From: Nitrospirota bacterium
Lineage (GTDB): Bacteria; Nitrospirota; Thermodesulfovibrionia; Thermodesulfovibrionales; SM23-35
Assembly (NCBI GenBank): GCA_049323875.1
Contig: JBMOLW010000033.1
Location: forward strand, 133,339 to 197,338
DNA: 64,000 nt
Direction: 5' to 3'
The notes below the pieces were generated by a model. That model saw nothing but the letters and a program-made list of their open reading frames with translations, was not told the origin of the DNA and made no database searches. Positions 1 to 8,814 of the stretch are shown here, one piece after another. Both the position numbers and the translations under genes were made by a program. Position 1 is the stretch's first letter; each line of letters begins with the position of its first letter.

Positions 1-748
1 AAAGATATCCGTAGAGGGTACGGCGTTTCAGCAGGCCCGCGAGTGCATCGGTCAATTGTATTTCACCACCCTTGCCCGGGGCAAGGTTCTCAAGGATCTC
101 GAATATATCAGGGGTGAGGATATAGCGTCCGATAATGGCCATGTCCGAGGGGGCGTTTTCAGAAGAAGGCTTTTCGACAAGGTCATGTATCCTGAAGACA
201 TTTTCCTGTTCCCGAGTTCCGGCGATAACACCATATCTGCCTATATCAGAAAGGGGAACTTTTTCGATTGCAAGGACAGGAGCCCTGCATTCCCTGTACA
301 GATCGATCATTTTCTTCAGAAGCGGATCGTCCGGATCGATGATATCGTCACTGAGGAGCACGGCAAAGGGCTCATCCCTGATAAACGGCCTTGCCTGTGC
401 AAGAGCATGTCCGAGTCCCAGCGCTTCTCTCTGTCTGATATAGGCAAAGTTGAGGTGACTCAACCGGTTTATCTCCTCCAGAAGTTTCTTTTTGCCTGAT
501 TTCTTGAGTATTTCTTCAAGTTTGAACGCACCGTCAAAATGATCCTCTATGGCGCGCTTGTGTTTTCCGGTAATCACGATGAACTCTTCTATGCCGCAGG
601 CATGGGCCTCTTCAACCGCATACTGGATCATCGGCTTGTCAACAATCGGGAGCATCTCCTTCGGAGAAGCCTTTGTCGCCGGGAGAAACCTTGTGCCGAG
701 CCCTCCCGCAGGCAGAATCGCCTTGTTCACAATCTTTCCCTTGACCAT
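1..748 (-). CDS. galU: UTP--glucose-1-phosphate uridylyltransferase; C-terminal end cut by the window edge
   Basis: Absent from the ORF track because the frame runs off the window. My minus-strand translation from ATG at 748 gives MVKGKIVNKAILPAGGLGTRFLPATKASPKEMLPIVDKPMIQYAVEEA..., which contains the GxGTRxLPxTK nucleotidyltransferase motif. The plus-strand ORFs at 56-754 are antisense shadows. Confidence 0.85.
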   Translation of the reverse strand, partial: MVKGKIVNKAILPAGGLGTRFLPATKASPKEMLPIVDKPMIQYAVEEAHACGIEEFIVITGKHKRAIEDHFDGAFKLEEILKKSGKKKLLEEINRLSHLNFAYIRQREALGLGHALAQARPFIRDEPFAVLLSDDIIDPDDPLLKKMIDLYRECRAPVLAIEKVPLSDIGRYGVIAGTREQENVFRIHDLVEKPSSENAPSDMAIIGRYILTPDIFEILENLAPGKGGEIQLTDALAGLLKRRTLYGYL

Positions 749-817
749 ACTTAATATTACCTGAAGGCAGGTGAGAATTCAAGAAACGCGGCCACTCCGG
801 TTAAGGATATATTTACC

Positions 818-846
818 TTGACAATCGCTTTCGGCAATACTTATTT
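818..846 (+). promoter_or_regulatory. candidate sigma70-type promoter upstream of the trihaem cytochrome gene
   Basis: TTGACA (818-823), a 17-nt spacer, then a weak -10 TTATTT (841-846). A strong SD AAAGGAGGTG lies just before ATG 914. Confidence 0.3.
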
Positions 847-913
847 TACAATCGTAGTCTGAGTTTTTTAGGGTCAAAACGGCGCAGATAAAGATGAAAG
901 GAGGTGAAAAACC

Positions 914-1339
914 ATGAAAAAAATATCCGTACTTCTGACGTTCTGCATCGCCCTCGTCTTTATGGGCAGTGCATTTGCAGTAATGCCGGGCAAAACAGTC
1001 GAGTATGCAGGAGGCGATGCGGGAAAGGTTGTTTTTAACGGAGATACCCATGGCCCGAAACAGGGCATGAAATGTGCCGACTGTCATCCCAAGCCTTTCG
1101 GTATGAAGAAAGGCGACTTTACAATGTCCAGGGAAGACCACGGCAAGCCCGACTATTGCGGGAAGTGTCATGACGGCCAGCAGGCATTTTCTCAGTCAAC
1201 GGAAGCAGACTGCGGGAAATGCCATATGAAGGCAGAGGCACCGAAGGCCGAAGAGATGAAACCCGAAGAAATAAAATCTGACGAAATGAAGCCCGAGGGA
1301 ATGAAGCCTGAAGAAGCGCCGCCTGCGGAGAGCAAATAG
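914..1339 (+). CDS. periplasmic trihaem cytochrome c (c7/c3 family) with a low-complexity K/E/P tail
   Basis: Signal peptide MKKISVLLTFCIALVFMGSAFA. Three CXXCH motifs (CADCH, CGKCH, CGKCH) within about 85 aa. C-terminal repeat EEMKPEEIKSDEMKPEGMKPEE. Confidence 0.8.
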   Translation: MKKISVLLTFCIALVFMGSAFAVMPGKTVEYAGGDAGKVVFNGDTHGPKQGMKCADCHPKPFGMKKGDFTMSREDHGKPDYCGKCHDGQQAFSQSTEADCGKCHMKAEAPKAEEMKPEEIKSDEMKPEGMKPEEAPPAESK

Positions 1340-1353
1340 CATCTGAAAAACAT

Positions 1354-1389
1354 GAGGGGCGCACGGAGTTTTTTATCCGCACGCCCCTC
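1354..1389. terminator. stem-loop between convergent genes (possible bidirectional terminator)
   Basis: GAGGGGCGCACGGA / TCCGCACGCCCCTC arms (8 + 4 bp with a 2-nt internal mismatch) around a GTTTTTTA loop, between the cytochrome stop (1339) and the ilvE stop (1402). Confidence 0.5.
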
Positions 1390-1401
1390 TCTATTCCCTG
1401 T

Positions 1402-2319
1402 TTATTTCACGAAAGTCAGCCAGGATTTATACTTCTTGTTCTTGCCCTTGACGATATCAAAAAATACTGACTGCAGTCTCTTTGTTATGGCGCCCGGTTT
1501 GCCCTGCCCGATCACTCTCCTGTCGAGCTCCCGGATCGGGGTGACCTCCGCGGCTGTCCCGGTAAAAAATGCCTCGTCAGCGATATAGATCTCGTCACGG
1601 GTAAACCTTTCTTCCCTGACATCTATGCCTGCATCCTTCGCGATCTCCATGATGCTGTCCCTGGTGATGCCTTCGAGTATCGAAGTAAGCGGGGTGGTCT
1701 TCAGCAGACCGTTCCGGACGATAAAGACATTTTCGCCGCTCCCTTCAGAAACATACCCCTCGGTATCAAGCAGGAGCGCTTCGTCATATCCGCACGATAC
1801 AGCCTCTTTCTTGGCAAGCTGAGAGTTTACATAGTAGCCGCAGATCTTGCCCCGTGTCATGTTCGCATTCACATGGTTCCTGATAAACGATGAGGTCTTC
1901 ACCCTGATGCCGTTCTTCAGCCCCTCGTCACCGAGATAGGCACCCCATGGCCAGACAGCAATTGATACGCCTACAGGATTTTCCTTCGGATACAAGCCCA
2001 TCGCGCCATACCCAATATACACAAGAGGCCTTATATAACATTCCTTTATCCGGTTGACCTGAACAGTCTTTATGATCGCCTCGCGGATCTCATGGTGCGT
2101 AAAGGGTATTTCCATAAGGAAGATGCGGGCAGAATCGAAGAGCCGCGCAACATGTTCGTCAAGCCGGTATATTGCAGGACCCTGCAGGGTCTCATAGCAG
2201 CGAATCCCTTCGAATACCCCGAGTCCGTAATGAAGGGTATGGGTCAATACATGGACCGTTGCATTGTCCCAGTCCACCAGTTTCCCGTCCATCCATATCT
2301 TTTTGGTCTTCGGAATCAT
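1402..2319 (-). CDS. ilvE: branched-chain amino acid aminotransferase
   Basis: 305 aa. N-terminus [35 protein letters not shown] is typical of class IV aminotransferase IlvE. Confidence 0.9.
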   Translation of the reverse strand: MIPKTKKIWMDGKLVDWDNATVHVLTHTLHYGLGVFEGIRCYETLQGPAIYRLDEHVARLFDSARIFLMEIPFTHHEIREAIIKTVQVNRIKECYIRPLVYIGYGAMGLYPKENPVGVSIAVWPWGAYLGDEGLKNGIRVKTSSFIRNHVNANMTRGKICGYYVNSQLAKKEAVSCGYDEALLLDTEGYVSEGSGENVFIVRNGLLKTTPLTSILEGITRDSIMEIAKDAGIDVREERFTRDEIYIADEAFFTGTAAEVTPIRELDRRVIGQGKPGAITKRLQSVFFDIVKGKNKKYKSWLTFVK

Positions 2320-2372
2320 TGAGGTTTTATTTATAGCAATATTATCCCGGCAAAGTCAATCAGATTTCTCGG

Positions 2373-4019
2373 TCACATCTTGTCAGGGGCTTTTACCCCG
2401 AGGATTTCCAGGCCTTCATGGAGCACGATGCGCACCGCATCGCAGAGGGCGAGTCTTGCAGCACTGAGAACAAGGTCCTCGGTGACAATGCGGTGCCTGG
2501 TATAGTAGGGGTGGAAAATGCCCGCGAGTTCCTGGATATAGAAGGTTATCCTGTGCGGTTCATGTGCCAGGACCGCTCCTTCGAATACCACCGGGTAGAG
2601 GAGCAGTTTTTTCATGATCCTCAGCTCCTCCGGCTGCGAGAGGAGTTCCAGTCTTGCCTCCTGAAGATTTTCAACCGAGATGCCCTGGTCACGGGCATGG
2701 ATGAAAACGCTGTTGATCCGCGCATGCGCATACTGGACATAAAAAACAGGGTTTTCAGCAGACTTGGCCCTGGCTGTTTCAAGATCGAATTCAAGCTGGC
2801 TGTCGGGCCTTCGGGTAAGGAAAATAAATTTTGTGATATCGGGGCCCACTTCATCGATAACTTCACGAAGGGTGACGAACTCGCCGGCTCTTTTGGACAT
2901 CTGGACCGGCTTCCCGCCCCTGAGTAAATTGACCATCTGTACGAGGAGGACTTTCAGCTTCTCATGGGAATGGCCGAGGGCTTCGACAACCGCATGAATC
3001 CGCGGTATATACCCATGGTGATCCGCGCCCCAGATGTCGATGAGTTCATCGAACCCCCGCTCGAGTTTTCTCCGGTGATACGCAATATCCGAGGTAAAAT
3101 AGGTATATTCACCATCCTGCTTGATAATCACCCTGTCTTTTTCGTCTCCAAAGGCAGTTGCCCTGAACCAGACCGCGCCGTCCTGCTCATAGAGGAACCC
3201 TTTCCCGTTCAGTTCTTCAATGGAATTCTGCACCGCGCCTTCAGCGAACAACTCTCTTTCACTCTGCCAGGTATCAAACGATATCCCGAAAGCCTTCAAG
3301 TCCTCCTGAATGCTCCGGAGAATTTTCCGGTATGCATATTCCGTAAAAACGTCGGCTGCACTGTCAAACCCTGTCTGGAGATATGCTTTGCCGTGCTCCC
3401 CGATTATTTCCCGGGCGATATCCTCTATGTATGCTCCCTTGTACCCCTCTTCGGGGAAAGGATACTCTGCGCCGAGAAGCTGCTGGTAGCGTGCAAATAC
3501 GGAAAGCCCCAGAAGCCTGACCTGCCGGCCCGCGTCATTCACATAGTATTCCCGCTCGACCCGGTATCCCGCAGCCGTGAGGAGGTTTGCAAGCGCCTCT
3601 CCGGTAGCCCCTCCCCTGCCGTGTCCGAGGTGCAGGGGGCCTGTGGGATTGGCGCTCACGAATTCAATCTGGATCTTTTTCCCTTTTCCCAGGTCTTCTC
3701 TCAGGAATTTTTTCCCCCGCCTGAGGAGCTGCATGACCTCCGAAACAAGATAGTCTTTCGAGAAGGTGAAATTGATAAATCCCGGACCTGCAACTTCGAT
3801 TTTTTCAAACAGGGCTATATCGCGTATGGCACTGACGAGTTCCTCGGCGATCTTCCTCGGCGGCTTCCTGAGCACCGCTGCCAGGGTCATTGCCGTGGTT
3901 GCGGAAAGATCTCCAAACTGCTCGTTGCGGGGTATTTCTATCTCGACAGGGGGCAAATCCCTGATACCGAGCGAATTTGCTGCGTCTTCGATAACCTTCG
4001 CGACTATGCTCTTTTTCAT
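2373..4019 (-). CDS. argS: arginine--tRNA ligase
   Basis: 548 aa. Class I HIGH-type motif (ANPTGPLHLGHGRG) and MSKRAG (the KMSK equivalent). Confidence 0.95.
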   Translation of the reverse strand: MKKSIVAKVIEDAANSLGIRDLPPVEIEIPRNEQFGDLSATTAMTLAAVLRKPPRKIAEELVSAIRDIALFEKIEVAGPGFINFTFSKDYLVSEVMQLLRRGKKFLREDLGKGKKIQIEFVSANPTGPLHLGHGRGGATGEALANLLTAAGYRVEREYYVNDAGRQVRLLGLSVFARYQQLLGAEYPFPEEGYKGAYIEDIAREIIGEHGKAYLQTGFDSAADVFTEYAYRKILRSIQEDLKAFGISFDTWQSERELFAEGAVQNSIEELNGKGFLYEQDGAVWFRATAFGDEKDRVIIKQDGEYTYFTSDIAYHRRKLERGFDELIDIWGADHHGYIPRIHAVVEALGHSHEKLKVLLVQMVNLLRGGKPVQMSKRAGEFVTLREVIDEVGPDITKFIFLTRRPDSQLEFDLETARAKSAENPVFYVQYAHARINSVFIHARDQGISVENLQEARLELLSQPEELRIMKKLLLYPVVFEGAVLAHEPHRITFYIQELAGIFHPYYTRHRIVTEDLVLSAARLALCDAVRIVLHEGLEILGVKAPDKM

Positions 4020-4074
4020 GGAGTAACAGTTTAAACAGCGCCGGAAGTGAAAGTCAATGAAACGGGGATGCTGT

Positions 4075-4461
4075 CTAGCCGCGGTATCTGGAGTATCGTA
4101 TTTTCTTCAGTCCTGTAAGCCAGGAGAGGAGAACACTCACGATGCTGATGATGATTGCGCCTTTGAACGCAGGCCAGAAGCCGGCTATCTGGAGTCCGAG
4201 GTCGAGGGGTCCGGAGAGGCTGGCGGTAAGCAGGAGCATGAGGGTATTGATGATGAGGGTAAAGAGTCCGAGGGAGAGAATGATCAGGGGCAAGGTGAAG
4301 AGAGTGACAACCGGTTTGATGAGCGAATTGATGACGCCGAAGACTGCCCCGATGATGATCATTTTCCACCACTCGCCGGTAAACGTGATATCTCCAACAA
4401 ATTTTACCGCCACAGCGATAGACAGTGCATTGATCATGATCTGAAGGATTAAATATGCCAT
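4075..4461 (-). CDS. small four-TM membrane protein, phage-holin-4 / DUF360-like
   Basis: 128 aa and very hydrophobic. LINALSIAVAVKFV...LIKPVVTLFTLPLIILSLGLFTLIINTLML matches the pattern I recall for the DUF360 family. Confidence 0.7.
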   Translation of the reverse strand: MAYLILQIMINALSIAVAVKFVGDITFTGEWWKMIIIGAVFGVINSLIKPVVTLFTLPLIILSLGLFTLIINTLMLLLTASLSGPLDLGLQIAGFWPAFKGAIIISIVSVLLSWLTGLKKIRYSRYRG

Positions 4462-4634
4462 ACGCTCTTCTTCCTGTTGAATACCCTTCCCTCTTCGTAC
4501 TCTAAATTTTTCATGGCGTCATGTCAAGTTTGTTGAAAAATTTATCTAATGCTATAATATCCAGAATTATGCATTGTTTTCGCAGATTGAGATTATTAAC
4601 CTTTACCGATCTTATACGTTTTTTACGATCCTTT

Positions 4635-4722
4635 CTGTCATTCCCCGACTCGATCGGGGAATCCAGGATCAAAAGTTTTTGGAAAAAGGACTGGATTATC
4701 CGGTCAAGCCGGATAATGACAG
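4635..4722. repeat. 88-bp structured element: 8-bp inverted termini enclosing two 9-bp hairpins
   Basis: Termini CTGTCATT (4635-4642) / AATGACAG (4715-4722). Hairpin 1: ATTCCCCGA-CTCGA-TCGGGGAAT. Hairpin 2: ATTATCCGG-TCAAG-CCGGATAAT. It lies in a divergent intergenic region. Confidence 0.6.
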
Positions 4723-4759
4723 CCATTGGTAAAGAATTCGCTCTCAACGGGTATGCCAG

Positions 4760-6505
4760 GTGAGATCCCTCCGGATAGCCCTTGCGCAGATCAATCCGAC
4801 TGTCGGAGACCTCGACGGGAATGTTCTCAAGATCACCGAATGTATCCAGCGGGCCAGAAAAATTCATGCCGGCATCGTAGTATTTCCGGAGCTTGCAATT
4901 ACCGGCTATCCTCCCGAAGACCTGCTTCTCAAAACCCAGTTTGTCGACGATAACCTCGAAGCCCTCCGGAAGGTGAGGAAACAGACTTCCGGAATTATCG
5001 CAGTCGTCGGGTTCGTGGACAGGAAAGACGATATTTATAATGCCGCAGCCGTACTCTCTGACAAACAGCTTTTCGATACCTATCACAAGATGTATCTGCC
5101 CAATTATGGTGTCTTCGATGAATACCGATATTTCCAGGCAGGAACGAGATGCCCCCTCTACGGAATCCACGATACCTGGATAGGGATAAACATCTGTGAA
5201 GACATCTGGTATCCCGAAGGTCCTTCGAGGACACAGGCGCTTGCAGGAGCCGAGGTCATTCTCAATATCAATGCTTCTCCCTACCGCATCGGAAAAGGCA
5301 AGTTCCGGGAGACGATGCTCTCGACAAGAGCCACAGACAATGCGGTCATGGTTGCCTATGTGAATGCCGTCGGAGGCCAGGATGAACTGGTATTCGACGG
5401 CCACAGTACTGTTATAGATCAGAACGGCACGGTAATCGCACGGGGGAAGCAGTTTGAGGAAGACCTTGTCGTGGTCGACCTCGACCTGAAAGGCATTCTC
5501 ATGAAGCGGCTCCATGCCCCGCTCAGGAGACAGGAGGTCACGAAAACAGGAAAAGGGTCAGTCGAAAAGATCGTCATCCCGCTGGAGAAAAAACCTCTCA
5601 AAAAGAATGCGGGGAAAGCTCATATTCCCTCCGGTCAATGTCCTGAACCTCTCGGCCAGACCGAGGAAGTCTACAAAGCACTGGTGCTCGGCACCCGTGA
5701 TTATGTAAGAAAGAACAGCTTCAAACGCAGCATCATAGGGTTGAGCGGCGGCATCGACTCAGCGCTCGTTGCAGCGATTGCGGCTGACGCCCTCGGACCA
5801 AAAAACGTCACCGGCCTTTTCATGCCTTCCCCCTATACCTCGCAGCAGAGCAGGGAAGATGCGTATGCCCTCGGCAGGAATCTCGGCCTCAGGATGCGGG
5901 AGATTTCCATTACGGCAATTTTCAGGGTTTATCTTGCCGCATTCAGGGAGGAATTTGCCGGCAAAGCGCCTGACGTGACCGAAGAAAATCTCCAGGCAAG
6001 GATACGGGGCAATATCCTCATGGCGTTTTCGAACAAATTCGGATGGCTCGTCCTGACCACCGGCAACAAATCCGAGATGAGCGTCGGATATGCCACACTG
6101 TATGGCGACATGGCAGGCGGGTTTGCAGTTATTAAAGATGTATCGAAGACAATGGTCTATGAACTCTGCAGATGGAAAAACGCTGCTGCAGGGAAACCCG
6201 TGATCCCCGCCAGTATGTTCACCAAAGAACCGTCTGCAGAGCTCAGACCAGGACAGACGGACAGAGACACTCTGCCGCCCTATTCTCTGCTCGACCCTAT
6301 TCTCAAGGCGTATATAGAAGAAGACAAGGGATACCGGGAAATACTTTCCCTCGGGTGTGAACCTACGCAGGCCCGGACAGTTATCAGGATGATCGACAAC
6401 AGTGAATACAAAAGGCGCCAGGCCCCACCCGGCATAAAAATCACCGAGAGGGCTCTCGGGAGAGATCGACGGTTTCCGATAACAAACCGATACAGGGGGT
6501 ATTAA
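4760..6505 (+). CDS. nadE: glutamine-dependent NAD+ synthetase
   Basis: 581 aa with a GTG start. N-terminal nitrilase/CN-hydrolase domain (LRIALAQINPTVGDLDGN) plus a C-terminal NAD synthetase domain with the SGGIDS PP-loop. Confidence 0.9.
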   Translation: MRSLRIALAQINPTVGDLDGNVLKITECIQRARKIHAGIVVFPELAITGYPPEDLLLKTQFVDDNLEALRKVRKQTSGIIAVVGFVDRKDDIYNAAAVLSDKQLFDTYHKMYLPNYGVFDEYRYFQAGTRCPLYGIHDTWIGINICEDIWYPEGPSRTQALAGAEVILNINASPYRIGKGKFRETMLSTRATDNAVMVAYVNAVGGQDELVFDGHSTVIDQNGTVIARGKQFEEDLVVVDLDLKGILMKRLHAPLRRQEVTKTGKGSVEKIVIPLEKKPLKKNAGKAHIPSGQCPEPLGQTEEVYKALVLGTRDYVRKNSFKRSIIGLSGGIDSALVAAIAADALGPKNVTGLFMPSPYTSQQSREDAYALGRNLGLRMREISITAIFRVYLAAFREEFAGKAPDVTEENLQARIRGNILMAFSNKFGWLVLTTGNKSEMSVGYATLYGDMAGGFAVIKDVSKTMVYELCRWKNAAAGKPVIPASMFTKEPSAELRPGQTDRDTLPPYSLLDPILKAYIEEDKGYREILSLGCEPTQARTVIRMIDNSEYKRRQAPPGIKITERALGRDRRFPITNRYRGY

Positions 6506-6511
6506 GCAACC

Positions 6512-6703
6512 ATGCAACTGCAGGAAGAAATACGGGTTTGTCCGGAATGCGGATATGAACGGGGATTTCATGTTTCTTTCAAAAAAACCAGGGGGAAAAC
6601 CCGCATTTCCCTGATCTGTCCTCAATGCGGGCAGTCCTACGGTATAGGATGGACGACCTCTGCAATAAAGACGTTCAAGCTTGAGAAGGGGCTGAAATAC
6701 TGA
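6512..6703 (+). CDS. small zinc-ribbon protein
   Basis: 63 aa with two CxxC pairs (CPECG ... CPQCG). Tightly packed after nadE, and its stop overlaps the next start (ATGA). Confidence 0.5.
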   Translation: MQLQEEIRVCPECGYERGFHVSFKKTRGKTRISLICPQCGQSYGIGWTTSAIKTFKLEKGLKY

Positions 6704-6960
6704 TGAAGAACATCCTTATTTCGCTTGTGCTAGCAGTGCTTTTCCTGCCATTGATTCCGGAACCGGCCATTCCAACCAATACCAGGTCCTTCCAGATGAA
6801 GAAAGAGCCGGAGATCCAGCAGGTAAAACCCAGGAAGCCCGTCAGGATCAAACTGAAACGCTCTCTGGAGGGGAAATATTCGTGGGATCTCTCCGGTGAT
6901 GACGTGGACGAGGTTGTCCGTACGGATAAACGCCTCAAAAAGCTTCTGAATATCGAGTGA
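6703..6960 (+). CDS. small secreted/anchored basic protein, unknown function
   Basis: 85 aa. N-terminal hydrophobic segment MKNILISLVLAVLFLPLI. Translationally coupled on both sides (ATGA and GTGA overlaps). Confidence 0.4.
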   Translation: MKNILISLVLAVLFLPLIPEPAIPTNTRSFQMKKEPEIQQVKPRKPVRIKLKRSLEGKYSWDLSGDDVDEVVRTDKRLKKLLNIE

Positions 6961-7793
6961 AGGGCACACTCTTCATTGTTTCGACACCGATCGGAAATCT
7001 GGAGGATATCACGGTCAGGGCTCTGCGCGTGCTCAGGGAAGTCGACCGCATCGCAGCAGAAGACACCCGCCATTCTCTGAAACTCCTCACTCATTATGGC
7101 ATTACCAAACCCCTCATCAGTTACTGGAGCGGTAAAGAGAAGGCGAGGGCGGATGAAATCATCAGGACGCTCCTTTCTGGCCAATCGGTTGCACTCATCT
7201 CCGACGCCGGGACTCCGGGCATATCAGACCCCGGCGCAGTAGTGATCAGAAAAGCCATCGACGCAGCTATTCCTCTCGTGCCGGTGCCCGGCCCCTCGGC
7301 ATGCATCGCAGCCCTTTCCGTATCAGGACTTCCGACAGAAAACTTCACGTTCATCGGGTTCATGCCTCCCAAGAAAACCCGGCGTCAGAAAATCCTGAGG
7401 GAACTGGTGCTGGAAACAAGGAGCCTGATCTTCTACGAAGCGCCGCACAGGCTGTTGGAGACTCTTAAGGATATCAGTGAGATATTCACCGGAAGAGCAG
7501 CGGCACTCATAAAAGAACTGACAAAACTCAACGAAGAGATTTTCAGAGGCACGGTTCCGGAAATCATGTCCCGGCTTGAAAAAACCCCGGTCCTGGGAGA
7601 ATATGTAATCATTGTTGAGGGGAATACAACGACAAGGAAAACAGCGGACGATGACGCGGTCAGGGAAGTCCTCTCCCTGATGAAGAGAGGTCTGAAAAGG
7701 AAAGAGGCTGCCGCGAGGGTTGCGGAAACGTATGGGCTGAGCAAAAAGGAACTGTATGATAAATCCCTTGACTTTTTCGGTACAGAGCAATAA
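6957..7793 (+). CDS. rsmI: 16S rRNA (cytidine1402-2'-O)-methyltransferase
   Basis: 278 aa. GTLFIVSTPIGNLEDITVRALRVLREVDRIAAEDTRHS is the characteristic RsmI N-terminus. Confidence 0.9.
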   Translation: MKGTLFIVSTPIGNLEDITVRALRVLREVDRIAAEDTRHSLKLLTHYGITKPLISYWSGKEKARADEIIRTLLSGQSVALISDAGTPGISDPGAVVIRKAIDAAIPLVPVPGPSACIAALSVSGLPTENFTFIGFMPPKKTRRQKILRELVLETRSLIFYEAPHRLLETLKDISEIFTGRAAALIKELTKLNEEIFRGTVPEIMSRLEKTPVLGEYVIIVEGNTTTRKTADDDAVREVLSLMKRGLKRKEAAARVAETYGLSKKELYDKSLDFFGTEQ

Positions 7794-7827
7794 AATTTTT
7801 TCAACAGAATATTCTGAGAGGTGAAGC

Positions 7828-8814
7828 GTGGCATATAAACTTCTTCTGGCAGATGATAGTGTCACCATCCAAAAAGTTGTCGAACTGATCCTTGCAGAGG
7901 AAGATTTCGAGATCAGATCCGTGGGTTCCGGGGATGAAGCACTCGCTGCAGTGGCGGAATTCGGTCCTGATATCATCCTTGCAGATATCGAAATGCCGAA
8001 GACAAATGGCTACCAACTCTGCGAGAAGATAAAACAGGACCCTGCTACCAGCAGCATCCCGGTCGTCCTCCTTGCCGGCGCCTTCGAACCTGTGGATGAA
8101 GAGCTCGCAAAACAGGTCCGGGCGGATGATTTCATCGTAAAGCCGTTCGAATCACAGGAACTGATCAGCAAGATCAATGCCGCACTCACTGTCGCAACCG
8201 TCGAAGAGGCAGCTTTCGGAGAAGAAACCGAGACGCTCGTGGAAGCCGAAGCTCTGGGTCTGGAAGAGACTTCAATCGTTCCGCAGGAAGACCTCTGGGC
8301 CATGGAAGAGACGACTGAAACTGCGGAGGCACCAGTCCTTGCTGAAGAAGAACCTCTTACTGCCGGCCTGGAAGAGATGTTTGATTATGCGGAAGAAATG
8401 CCTGAAGAATCCCCCGCAGAAACAGCCGCCTCCGCTCCTTCGGTATCTGCAGAGAGAGATCAAGAAATGCCTGCAGGCGTAAGGATGGATATCCCGACGT
8501 CTGAGCTCCCGACGAAAGATGAATTGAAGGCAGCCTTCGAACAAGCGGTGAATGATCGGGTTTCCTCGTTTCTCACCTCTCTCGAAATTAAAGAGATCAT
8601 TCTTTCCTCATTAACTCCCGCCATAAAGGACTCTGTCGAAAAGATTTTATGGGAAGTCACCCCGGACCTTGTCGAGCGGATGCTGAAGGAGATGCTGAAA
8701 GGTTCTCTCCAGTCCCTTGCCAAAGAAGTCGAGAAGGTAATCTGGGAGACGGTACCAGACCTCGCTGAGACAATGATCACCAAGGAAATAGAGAGGATAC
8801 GGTCAGAATTTTAG
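7828..8814 (+). CDS. response regulator: receiver domain, acidic linker and a duplicated C-terminal module
   Basis: The REC domain has DD, the phospho-acceptor D (ILADIEMP) and K (VKPF). A long E/A/T-rich linker follows. The C-terminus has two copies of xxVEKxxWExxPDLxExM. Confidence 0.8.
   Translation: MAYKLLLADDSVTIQKVVELILAEEDFEIRSVGSGDEALAAVAEFGPDIILADIEMPKTNGYQLCEKIKQDPATSSIPVVLLAGAFEPVDEELAKQVRADDFIVKPFESQELISKINAALTVATVEEAAFGEETETLVEAEALGLEETSIVPQEDLWAMEETTETAEAPVLAEEEPLTAGLEEMFDYAEEMPEESPAETAASAPSVSAERDQEMPAGVRMDIPTSELPTKDELKAAFEQAVNDRVSSFLTSLEIKEIILSSLTPAIKDSVEKILWEVTPDLVERMLKEMLKGSLQSLAKEVEKVIWETVPDLAETMITKEIERIRSEF

Noticed and set aside
56-754. Plus-strand ORFs of 147, 102 and 71 aa at the left edge
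   Set aside because: They are antisense to a clear galU reading frame on the minus strand (GxGTRxLPxTK motif). Their sequences are low-information, with no recognisable motifs.
2964-4034. 356-aa plus-strand ORF
   Set aside because: It lies entirely inside argS on the opposite strand. It is a shadow ORF with no motifs and an odd composition.
4511-6625. 334-aa and 288-aa minus-strand ORFs
   Set aside because: Both are antisense to nadE, whose two catalytic domains are unambiguous.
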